A DNA stretch of 32,000 nt. Source: Aeropyrum pernix K1 (GTDB taxonomy: Archaea > Thermoproteota > Thermoprotei_A > Sulfolobales > Acidilobaceae). The stretch is taken from positions 1,410,001 through 1,442,000 of the forward strand of contig NC_000854.2 in the NCBI RefSeq assembly GCF_000011125.1. The letters run 5' to 3'. The position numbers and the translations under genes were made by a program. Each line of letters opens with the position of its first letter. Positions within the stretch are counted from its first letter, which is position 1. The notes beneath the pieces are model-generated. The model worked only from the letters and a program-made list of their open reading frames with translations, was not told the DNA's origin and searched no databases. Positions 8,407-16,329 of the stretch are shown here, piece by piece.

Positions 8407-9486
8407 TTAGGGTATCAGGACTGCCCTGCCTAGAACTTCACCTTTCTCTAGCCTCTCAAGCACATCGTTTATTTCATCTAGCTTGTGGATATCAACCTCT
8501 ACCCTGACCTTACCCTGAAGGGCTAACGTGACTAGCTCATGGAGCTCTACATAGTTTCCTACTAGGCTTCCTTCAAAGGATACCTCAGAGGATATCACCC
8601 TGATCGTGGGGAATCTAAGCTCACCCCCATAGCCTACGATGATAAGCCTCCCCATCCTCCCTAGCAGGTATGGTGTATAATCGACTGTAGCCTGAGAGCC
8701 TACGAAGTCCATTGCAACGTTAACTCCTCTCCCCCTGGTAAGCTCCATGACCTGCTTTACAGGGTCTCGTCTAGCGTCAACCACGTGATCCGCTCCAAGC
8801 CTCTCGGCCAGCTTTAGTTTTTCTTCCTTAACGTCCAGTGCTATCACCGTCGCGGGTGTCATAACTTTAAGTAGCTGAACTGCAATATGACCTAATCCTC
8901 CCACGCCCACTATAGCGACGTATGCGCCGGGATAGAGGGTTCGGGCGGCCTTCTTAACAGCCCTATAAGCCGTTATCCCAGCGTCCGCTAGAGGGGCCAT
9001 TTCAACAAGTTTCTCCCTGCTAATATCCTTAGGCAGCTTTATCACAGACCTGTGCGAGGTCCTCATGAACTCTGCAAATCCACCATCGATATTAAGTCCT
9101 GGGAACTCTAGGTTCTCGCAGTGCATATCCTCACCAGCTCTACAGGCTAGACAGGTTCCATCTGTGACCGCCGGGTGAAGAATTACCGGGTCCCCCTTCT
9201 CTAAGCCTTCCACTCCTTCGGCAACTTCTTCAATATACCCGACGTTCTCATGGCCTAAAGTGTAGGGTAGCTTAGGCTGCAATAGCTCATGCCACATTCC
9301 CTGGACAAGGTGGAGGTCCGTATGGCATACGCCAGCGCCTGCAATCCTTACAATAACGTCAAATCTACCTTCTAGCCTCGGATAGTCGACATCCTCTATC
9401 CTCAACGGCTTGTTATACTCGTGGAGCCTGGCAGCTTTCAAACGCTCCACCCCTAGGCTCTGCGAGAAGTCTTGCTCTATTCTCAC
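8407..9486 (-). CDS. adh: Zn-dependent NAD(P) alcohol dehydrogenase (MDR superfamily)
   Basis: 'GAGVCHTDLHLVQG', 'LPYTLGHENVGYIEEV', structural-Zn-like 'CLACRAGEDMHCEN', Rossmann 'VGVGGLGHIAVQLLKV'. 359 aa, matching the recalled A. pernix ADH. Confidence 0.95.
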   Translation of the reverse strand: MRIEQDFSQSLGVERLKAARLHEYNKPLRIEDVDYPRLEGRFDVIVRIAGAGVCHTDLHLVQGMWHELLQPKLPYTLGHENVGYIEEVAEGVEGLEKGDPVILHPAVTDGTCLACRAGEDMHCENLEFPGLNIDGGFAEFMRTSHRSVIKLPKDISREKLVEMAPLADAGITAYRAVKKAARTLYPGAYVAIVGVGGLGHIAVQLLKVMTPATVIALDVKEEKLKLAERLGADHVVDARRDPVKQVMELTRGRGVNVAMDFVGSQATVDYTPYLLGRMGRLIIVGYGGELRFPTIRVISSEVSFEGSLVGNYVELHELVTLALQGKVRVEVDIHKLDEINDVLERLEKGEVLGRAVLIP

Positions 9487-9722
9487 CTTTGACAGAGCAC
9501 TCTTTTAAGCATTCCACTTATGTTTAAACCGTACAAAAGCTAAACAAAACACTTTATATGAGATCTCTAAGAAGTATTAATTAGTGGCGTTGGGGTGGGA
9601 CTATTATCATAGTTGAAACACCCGATGGAAAAAGACATGAGATCCTAGTTATAGACTATCATACCCACATATGGAGAGGTGAGAGAGATAACTGGCTAAG
9701 GCCAAACCTGGCTAAGGGCTGG

Positions 9723-10697
9723 ATGGACTGCTTCTACGACTATCACAAGTCCTTAAGCCCCGACGAGTATGTTTGGGACTACGAAGAATTCCTCTACTAC
9801 GGATCCGATAAGTTCATTAAAGATGTTTTCGTCGATGGAGGAGTCGATATAGCGCTTTCGCAGCCAGCATATCTCCAGTTTTTCTTCAGAGAACCATTCG
9901 GCAACACTAACGAGTTCGGGACTATGGCTCTAAAGTATCCCTACAGGTTCATCATAGGTACAAGATGGGATCCTAGGGAAGGAGAAGAGGGTAAGAGGCA
10001 GTTGGAGGAGGATGTTAGGAAGTATAGGGTTAAGCCGTGGCAGATGAGACATGTTAAGCTCTATACTGCTGAGTGGAAAGAGGTTAATGGCGGTATTAGC
10101 AGGGGTTGGAGGCTTGATAGCCCGCAAGCTTTCGAATTCCTCGAGTTCAATAGGGAGCTCGGTATAGATATACAAGTCCCCCATAAAGGCCCTACGGTAT
10201 GGCCTCTAAGTAAGGACGCATTTGATGTACACGACGTAGACACGGCAGCATCCTCGTTCCCTGAGCTAAGGTTCGTAGTCACCCACGTAGGACTTCCAAG
10301 GATAGATGATTTTTCATGGATAGGAGTCCAGGATAAAAATGTGTATGCAGGCCTAGCAGTGGCCACAGCGTTTATCAGGAAGAGGCCAAAATACTTTGCA
10401 GAGATAATGGCCGAGCTACTCTTCTGGCTGGGGCCAGACAGGATAATCTTCGGGAGCGACTACGCAATCTGGCATCCCAAATGGATTATCGAGGACTTCA
10501 TAAAGTTCGAGCTACCCAGGGATTTAGAGAGCGAATATGGTGTCGAACTCACACTTGAGAATAAGAAGAAGATTCTAGGCGAGAACGCCGCCAGACTATG
10601 GGGTATTGACGTGGAGGAGGCTAAGAAGGCTGTGAGGGAGGATCAGATAGCGAGTAGATATGGCGCCAAACCTCGAGTCTTTAAGGTTGAGGGCTAA
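9723..10697 (+). CDS. Amidohydrolase family (amidohydrolase_2) protein; true N-terminus probably about 30-40 codons upstream
   Basis: 'WQMRHVKLYTAEW', 'LRFVVTHVGLPRIDDF', 'FGSDYAIWHP'. The open frame upstream of 9723 encodes '...KRHEILVIDYHTHIWRGERDNWLRPNLAKGW', containing the family's N-terminal HxH metal motif. Confidence 0.85.
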   Translation: MDCFYDYHKSLSPDEYVWDYEEFLYYGSDKFIKDVFVDGGVDIALSQPAYLQFFFREPFGNTNEFGTMALKYPYRFIIGTRWDPREGEEGKRQLEEDVRKYRVKPWQMRHVKLYTAEWKEVNGGISRGWRLDSPQAFEFLEFNRELGIDIQVPHKGPTVWPLSKDAFDVHDVDTAASSFPELRFVVTHVGLPRIDDFSWIGVQDKNVYAGLAVATAFIRKRPKYFAEIMAELLFWLGPDRIIFGSDYAIWHPKWIIEDFIKFELPRDLESEYGVELTLENKKKILGENAARLWGIDVEEAKKAVREDQIASRYGAKPRVFKVEG

Positions 10698-10721
10698 AGA
10701 CCTCGTAGCTGTTAGAGGGGA

Positions 10722-11600
10722 TTGTGTCTAGCTGTAGATGGATGGTTTGAGGGTATTAGGTTGGTTTCGAAGAGCGATATTGTCAGGGCCTTAGAGGCTG
10801 TTAGGGATCCTGAGCTAGACATCCCCATAACCGAGCTGGGTCTGATTGACTCGATCACCACCGGCAGCGGGGAGGTCGTTGAAGTGACTATAAGGATGCC
10901 CACGTATTGGTGCTCCCCGAACTTCACCTACATGATCGTTGAAGACGCTAGAAAGGCTTTGGAAAAGCTGGTAGGTCCTGCTAGGGTTAAGGTGTTTCTT
11001 AAAGATCACCACGATGGGGAGAGGATCACGAAATGCGTTAACTCCGGGCTAAGATTTGAGGAGTGCTATCCGGAGGAGGCTGGAGAGGGGTTAGAAGGGT
11101 TAAGGGCTAGGATGAGGGAGAAGGCGTTCCTAGCCAGGCTACACGGGCTAATCAGGATCCTGTTAAGGAAGGGTCTGACCCTCGGGGAACTTGAGAGGCT
11201 GAGACTAGAGGACCTAGAGGTTTCCCAGGGGTCAGTGACTATTCGGGGGGCGAAGCGTATCACACTTGAGTCCATGGAAGCTGACCGCATAGTAGAGTAT
11301 ATCGGGATGCTAAGGGAAGCCGGAGTGACTCGAGGCCCTCTCTTAAGACGGAACTTAAGAGGCGAGCCCTTAGGAAAGGAAAAGATGGAACTACTCTTTA
11401 GTAGGGCGAGACTCACAGCAAGCACCCTATCCTTCAATGCCGAGCTATGTAAGCTATTGATGAATACCCGTAAACTCTCTTCTACTCCTCGAGGAAAAAT
11501 TAGAGGTCGAGCTATTGCTCCAGACCCTGCTCAGCACCCTGACTATCCTGGGTATGAGACAGCAGGGCAAGAAGCTCCCGAGGATCAGGCTTCTCCCTAG
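10722..11600 (+). CDS. DUF59/MIP18 (PaaD-like) domain protein with a C-terminal extension of uncertain origin
   Basis: 'DIVRALEAVRDPELDIPITELGLIDSITTGSGEVVEVTIRMPTYWCSPNFTYMIVEDARKAL' is a DUF59-type sequence. The remaining roughly 160 aa weakly resemble a tyrosine-recombinase helical core ('ILLRKGLTLGELERLRLEDLEVSQGSVTIRGAKRITL'). Confidence 0.75.
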   Translation: MCLAVDGWFEGIRLVSKSDIVRALEAVRDPELDIPITELGLIDSITTGSGEVVEVTIRMPTYWCSPNFTYMIVEDARKALEKLVGPARVKVFLKDHHDGERITKCVNSGLRFEECYPEEAGEGLEGLRARMREKAFLARLHGLIRILLRKGLTLGELERLRLEDLEVSQGSVTIRGAKRITLESMEADRIVEYIGMLREAGVTRGPLLRRNLRGEPLGKEKMELLFSRARLTASTLSFNAELCKLLMNTRKLSSTPRGKIRGRAIAPDPAQHPDYPGYETAGQEAPEDQASP

Positions 11601-11662
11601 CCCCCGTCAAACGTCTAACAAACTCCAGCGAATTCACCCACACTACAAAGTTATGTACTTCC

Positions 11663-11968
11663 TTAGGGAGGCAGCATGCTTAAGAAGAAGGCGGCTATCA
11701 CACCCGCCCCTAGGGTCCCCCCGGCCAGCACCGGCACCAGGAGGGCCCAGGGCCCTAGCTTCCTATCGAGAAGCCATGATACGAGGGAGAGGAGGCCCCA
11801 GACGAGCAGAGAAGGGGGTAACAGCAGGGCCATCTCCACTACTAAGATGTAGAACCCCGGATCAATTGTGAGGCTGAGATCCCTGAGGTCGAGCAGGATG
11901 AATGTTAGAGCAGCGCCCAGAACGTAGAGGATGGGGGTGCTGTACCAGGTCAGCCTCAGCAACCTCAA
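11663..11968 (-). CDS. Small integral membrane protein
   Basis: 101-aa ORF with three hydrophobic segments. Confidence 0.5.
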   Translation of the reverse strand: MRLLRLTWYSTPILYVLGAALTFILLDLRDLSLTIDPGFYILVVEMALLLPPSLLVWGLLSLVSWLLDRKLGPWALLVPVLAGGTLGAGVIAAFFLSMLPP

Positions 11969-12028
11969 GCAAGAGACCCCCGGGAAAAACCGTAATTTAC
12001 AGGTTTACTTACCGTTTCTTATAATGCA

Positions 12029-12199
12029 TTAGTACCTGACGTCCATGTACATCTTGAGCGCTGTGATGGCAGCAAGCATGGTCTCCGCGTTTGTGGGCAG
12101 CGGCCCGGGGTACTCGGGATCCATGTCGTTGCCCTCGGTTATAAACTCTAGGTAGTCTGGCCTGAAGCCTGCGACCTCGAAGCCTCCGTCAGGCGCCAC
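12029..12199 (-). CDS. Possible small protein (56 aa, GTG start) or remnant of a slightly longer gene
   Basis: Reading the minus strand gives 'MAPDGGFEVAGFRPDYLEFITEGNDMDPEYPGPLPTNAETMLAAITALKMYMDVRY*', protein-like in composition. The same frame continues upstream to 'MILGHVGVHV*NDHTGGFIVAYN', interrupted by a TAA. Confidence 0.35.
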   Translation of the reverse strand: MAPDGGFEVAGFRPDYLEFITEGNDMDPEYPGPLPTNAETMLAAITALKMYMDVRY

Positions 12200-12721
12200 G
12201 TTATAGGCTACTATGAAGCCGCCGGTGTGGTCGTTTTAAACATGTACTCCCACGTGTCCGAGGATCATGTAACAGCCGCTCCCGCCCCACCGGGCTTTTA
12301 GAAGGACTTTCACCCAATAGGCGTTACTTGGTACCCTAGAGTTTATTGAGGCATAAAACGACTTAGCAGCCAAGAGGTGAACAGGGGGCGAGATTGATGA
12401 AAACAACAGGAGGTAAATTCATCTGTTAAGTTCCTTCTAGGCCTGTTAGTAATGCTATACTTGCCTATTGTAAACGCTATTGTTACAACACAAAAATCAG
12501 GATTTAATAAGAGATTAGTAATAAATTTGAATAAGGCCCTTACGGCAAAGCAGAGTCGTCACTTAAAAGTAGGCTTGGAAAACCACACTACAAAGGTTCT
12601 GATACTTAACCCCGCTCAGCCTTAAATAGCGCTCTATGAAAGCCATCGGGTCTGCCCTATCCACCTTCAATTATGAATACGCGGTCCCTTTGATTGGCTG
12701 GGATGACTTTAGGATGGTTTG

Positions 12722-12800
12722 TGGGGCCCGGGCCGGGATTTGAACCCGGGACCTCCGGATCCACAGTCCGGCGCTCTATCCAGGCTGAGCTACCCGGGCC
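12722..12800 (-). tRNA. tRNA-His (anticodon GTG), intronless, with encoded G-1 and 3' CCA
   Basis: The minus strand reads G-GCCCGGG-TA-GCTCAGCCTGGATAGAGC-G-CCGGA-CTGTGGA-TCCGG-AGGTC-CCGGG-TTCAAAT-CCCGG-CCCGGGC-C-CCA. It forms a full cloverleaf with anticodon GUG and a G-1:C73 pair. Confidence 0.96.
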
Positions 12801-12983
12801 ACCCTTGTTCTCGGCCGAGTCATACTACGGTGCTCCTCGTGGCTCGGGATAGCAGATCATCGCCCCCAAGGGGGGTTGTGGGGGGCTCAACCCGGGCCCC
12901 AGCCGTCTATCTATGAATGCCTGCTGGAACCTATATAGATCTAGCGTCCCCCGGATCCCTGGGTCTTTAGCCGTTGTTACCTA

Positions 12984-13550
12984 GTGGTTGTGGATGGTCG
13001 GGGTTGTTGGGTGTTGGTTGGGGAGGTCTATACCCTGGGCCACGGTTCGAGGGGGTTGGGCGAGATTGGGGATCTCGTCGAGTCTGTGGGGTCTAGGGTT
13101 GTTGTTGATGTGAGGAGGTGGCCTCGGAGCAGGCGTCACCCCTGGGCCTCCAGGGATACTCTGGAGGGCTTCCTCAGGGGGCGCGGCGTTGCTTACATCC
13201 ACCTGCCAGCCCTGGGCGGCTATAGGTCTTTCGGGAGGGATGTTGACCCGTCGCTGAGGGCCTTGTTCTCCTGTTTCGAGTCGGAGGGGTTCAACGCCTA
13301 CGCAGCCTACCTCGCCTCCAGCCCGGCGGCGTGGAGGGGGCTCGAGGTCATAGCCTACCTCGCCGAGGCTGGGGCTAGGCCTGTGGTTATGTGTAGCGAG
13401 AGGCTGCCGTGGAGATGCCATAGGAAGGTTGTGGCAGACTGGCTCTACGCCAGGGGCTTCAGGGTTCTCCACATACTCGATCGAGACAGTATCGTGGAGC
13501 ACCGGGGGACCAGGTGCGCCTCGATGCTGGGCGGGCCTAGCAGTGTTTAG
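12984..13550 (+). CDS. DUF488 family protein
   Basis: 'YTLGHGSRGLGEIGDLVESVGSRVVVDVRRWPRSRRHP' and 'VVMCSERLPWRCHRKVVADWL' (C..E....CHR signature). Confidence 0.88.
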   Translation: MVVDGRGCWVLVGEVYTLGHGSRGLGEIGDLVESVGSRVVVDVRRWPRSRRHPWASRDTLEGFLRGRGVAYIHLPALGGYRSFGRDVDPSLRALFSCFESEGFNAYAAYLASSPAAWRGLEVIAYLAEAGARPVVMCSERLPWRCHRKVVADWLYARGFRVLHILDRDSIVEHRGTRCASMLGGPSSV

Positions 13551-14121
13551 GGGCTGGCGAGACTCGGGCTTTGGAGACGAACGGGTTCCCGGCTATGTAG
13601 AACCTGAGCGGGAGCTCGAGGTCCTCGGAGACGCCGACGCGCCCGGAACACGCTACGCGGAAGCCCTCTACAGCTTCAGGGTTCTCCCAGAGCGTCAAGG
13701 GCGAGCCCCGCTCGTAAACCGGAGCCCCGTCCACACCCCTATCTATGGACAGGGCTCTGGCTAGCCTCCCAGGCCCTATGGGAGGGGGGTCTAGGCGGGG
13801 CGGCTCGAGGGGCTGGCAGGACCTCAGCAGCACCGCCCCAGCCATACCCTCGCTGTGTGCGACTATGTTGAGTAGCCACTGCCTATGCATACCATAGACC
13901 AGGGCTCTCCCGGGCTCCCCATAGAGGGCCCTCCATATCCTTCCCCTCCCCCTCCTGGCCCTGGAGGCGGGGTCGCACTCGCCGAAGTAGGCCTCAGCCT
14001 CGGTAACCATGCACCTCATACATGCTCCGCTGGCGCAGGAGACGAGGATTTTGCCCAACAGCTCTCTAGCCACAACGTCGGGCTGTCTATAGTAAAAACT
14101 CTTGGGTAGAAGCCTACCCAC
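13537..14121 (-). CDS. 3-methyladenine DNA glycosylase, AAG/Mpg family
   Basis: 'VARELLGKILVS', 'VTEAEAYFGECDPASRARRG', 'ALVYGMHRQWLLNIV', 'LARALSIDRGVDG'. Confidence 0.9.
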   Translation of the reverse strand: MGRLLPKSFYYRQPDVVARELLGKILVSCASGACMRCMVTEAEAYFGECDPASRARRGRGRIWRALYGEPGRALVYGMHRQWLLNIVAHSEGMAGAVLLRSCQPLEPPRLDPPPIGPGRLARALSIDRGVDGAPVYERGSPLTLWENPEAVEGFRVACSGRVGVSEDLELPLRFYIAGNPFVSKARVSPAPKHC

Positions 14122-14154
14122 TCTTCACCCCCGACGCTTTGGACGGATAGCAGG

Positions 14155-15384
14155 CTAGCCGCTGGACAGCTCCCTAGACGCCCTGACTATTATCTCCGCC
14201 CCCTCCTTCACGTCGCTGGTGGCCGTGGCGAAGCTCAGCCTAACATGCTCCCTGCCAACACTCTCAGGGAAGCTGGTGCCGGGCAGGACCAGGACGCCGT
14301 AGCTGTATAGCAGCTTCTCCGCGAGCTGCTCCACGCTGAGCCCCGTCTTCCTCAGGAGGCCGGCCACACGGGGGAACATGTAGAAGGCGCCCTCCGGGAG
14401 GTAGGGCTCTATACCCTCGGCCTGGGATAGTATGTCGTAAAGTATCCTCGCTCTGCTCCTGAACTCTTCTACCATCTCTCTCACAGGACCCCAGTCGCCT
14501 CTGAGCGCGGCGACGCCAGCCTTCTGAGCTATGCTGGGGGGGCAGCTGTATATTGTGACTGCGAGGTCTAGGGCCTTCGGGATTACCTCCCTCCTGAGCA
14601 CAACATAGCCGAGCCTCCAGCCCGTCATGCTGAATGTCTTGCTGAAACCGTTGACGTAAACGAGGTTCTCCCTCCAGTCTGGGAGGGAGAGGGTGCTCTT
14701 GAAGGGCTTCTCCGTGTAGAGGAAGTTGTCGTATATCTCGTCGGCCAGTATTATTAGGCCCCTCCTCCTCGCTATATCGTGTATCGCCTCCACCTGGTCC
14801 GGCGGGAAAACACTCCCCGTGGGGTTGTGGGGGTTGTTGACAACTATCATCCTCGTCTTCTCGCTCACAGCCCTTTCTATCCCCTCGATATCGAACCTGA
14901 ACCCTAGACCCGGCTCAAACTTCATTGGAACGTAAACGGGCCTGGCGCCGAAGAGTTTAGCCACCTGTGCGTAGGCGTAGTAGCTGGGGTCCGGTATTAT
15001 GACCTCGTCTCCCGGCCTCAGGTAGAGGGCCATACCCAGGAATATTGCAGTCTTAGCCCCCGTCGTGGCTATAACCTCCTCCGGAGACACGTCGGCCCCG
15101 TACCTGGAGTTGAGGTACCATGCGATAGCCTCCCTCAGCTCCGGTATCCCGGCCGTCTCGGTATAGCCTGTGAACCCCTCGTCTAAAGCCTTCTTCGCAG
15201 CCTCTCTAATGTGATGGGGCGTCGGGAAGTCGGGCTGGCCTATCCCAAAGCTTATTACGCGCCTACCCTCCTGGATCAGCTTCCTGGCCACTGCGAGGTA
15301 TGCGAAAGCAGTCTCACCCTCTATCTCAACAACCCTCTCCTGGATGTCCAGGGTAGGATCCTTCTGGGGCAACAGCCAGTTCAC
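14155..15384 (-). CDS. Class I/II aminotransferase (aspartate aminotransferase-like)
   Basis: 'VISFGIGQPDFPTPHHIREAAKKALDEGFTGYTETAGIPELREAIA', 'VVNNPHNPTGSVFP', PLP-lysine region 'VNGFSKTFSMTGWRLGYVV'. Confidence 0.95.
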   Translation of the reverse strand: MNWLLPQKDPTLDIQERVVEIEGETAFAYLAVARKLIQEGRRVISFGIGQPDFPTPHHIREAAKKALDEGFTGYTETAGIPELREAIAWYLNSRYGADVSPEEVIATTGAKTAIFLGMALYLRPGDEVIIPDPSYYAYAQVAKLFGARPVYVPMKFEPGLGFRFDIEGIERAVSEKTRMIVVNNPHNPTGSVFPPDQVEAIHDIARRRGLIILADEIYDNFLYTEKPFKSTLSLPDWRENLVYVNGFSKTFSMTGWRLGYVVLRREVIPKALDLAVTIYSCPPSIAQKAGVAALRGDWGPVREMVEEFRSRARILYDILSQAEGIEPYLPEGAFYMFPRVAGLLRKTGLSVEQLAEKLLYSYGVLVLPGTSFPESVGREHVRLSFATATSDVKEGAEIIVRASRELSSG

Positions 15385-15437
15385 CTTTTAAATATGATAA
15401 CGGCTCGGGCTAGAAATACATACTATGGGACAAGACC

Positions 15438-15995
15438 TTGTCGAGGTATAACGTCAGGGTGAGGACTTTCCAGAAGAGCTACATACGCATAGGCCCCGCG
15501 CTGCTGGGGGTTCTACAGCTCGAGCGGAGCGAAAGCTTCACGGAGGAGGGAGACCCTCTAGACACGCTTAGCTACGTAATAGAGAGCAGGTCTAAGGCCA
15601 GCGACTATGTGGAGGTGGAGATCGAGTTTATAGCTAGGAGCAGGAGCCACGAGACCCTCCCAGACAAGATGGTTAGGGGTGAGTACGGGGTTGCGAAGAG
15701 GTTCCAGGCGAGGCCTCTCTTCCCCAGGCCAGCTAGGCTGCTGAGGCTGGGAGTGGTCAGGCTCGAGAGGATTATGGACAGCATGAGGGAGCACGGCGGC
15801 TACGCCTCCCTCAGGGGGGAGGATATAGAGTGGTACACGCCGCCCGGTAACGTGTATGTCCTGGAGGGCGAGGCCGAGGTTCAGGAGGACGTGGCCTACC
15901 TCGTGCTGGAGACGGAGCACGGCTCGAGGTGGCTAAGGACGCTCACAAGCCTCGTCCTGAAGCCCCCCTCTCTGCAACACGATCGACAAGCCTAG
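15438..15995 (+). CDS. Conserved-looking hypothetical protein
   Basis: 185-aa ORF with coding-like composition, divergent from the aminotransferase gene. The exact start is uncertain. Confidence 0.6.
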   Translation: MSRYNVRVRTFQKSYIRIGPALLGVLQLERSESFTEEGDPLDTLSYVIESRSKASDYVEVEIEFIARSRSHETLPDKMVRGEYGVAKRFQARPLFPRPARLLRLGVVRLERIMDSMREHGGYASLRGEDIEWYTPPGNVYVLEGEAEVQEDVAYLVLETEHGSRWLRTLTSLVLKPPSLQHDRQA

Positions 15996-16224
15996 CTATA
16001 TCACCCGAGTGGACCCGGACGAGGTGGATGTAGTAACCCCTCCTCGACTGCAGCCTCCTACCGCAGAACGGGCAGACCCCTGTCTCCCACCTGAGGAGCT
16101 CGGCAACCTGGGCTGCAGCATAGGCCAGATGGGGGGATAGATCGCCGGCCTCCAAACCCTCCCCGAAGGCAGCCATCCTGGCGACCCTAGCAGCTATATT
16201 ATCCCCGGTCAAGCGGCTCAACAC
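15943..16224 (-). CDS. Small C2H2-type zinc finger protein
   Basis: 'GVCPFCGRRLQSRRGYYIHLVRVHSGDIARLVDRVAERG': CxxC...HxxxxH spacing. Confidence 0.7.
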   Translation of the reverse strand: MLSRLTGDNIAARVARMAAFGEGLEAGDLSPHLAYAAAQVAELLRWETGVCPFCGRRLQSRRGYYIHLVRVHSGDIARLVDRVAERGASGRGL

Positions 16225-16329
16225 CGGAATAACCGTACCTCACTACCCTACATAACCGGAAACACGCCGTCTAATGAGGTGTTCCCCCGTATAAGGTGGT
16301 TAGGTTGTGTTAGGGCGAAGGCCGGCGTG

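Noticed and set aside
11515-11871. 118-aa plus-strand ORF overlapping the DUF59-protein tail
   Set aside because: Arg/Pro-rich composition overlapping a more plausible minus-strand membrane protein; considered a possible frameshifted continuation of the recombinase-like tail, but no R-H-R-Y motif was seen.
12719-12916. 65-aa plus-strand ORF 'MWGPGRDLNPGPPDPQSG...'
   Set aside because: It runs over the antisense of tRNA-His; this peptide is a well-known artefact of translating tRNA complements.
12981-13502. 173-aa minus-strand ORF opposite the DUF488 gene
   Set aside because: Pro/His/Asn-rich antisense frame with no recognisable motifs; the plus-strand DUF488 assignment is strong.
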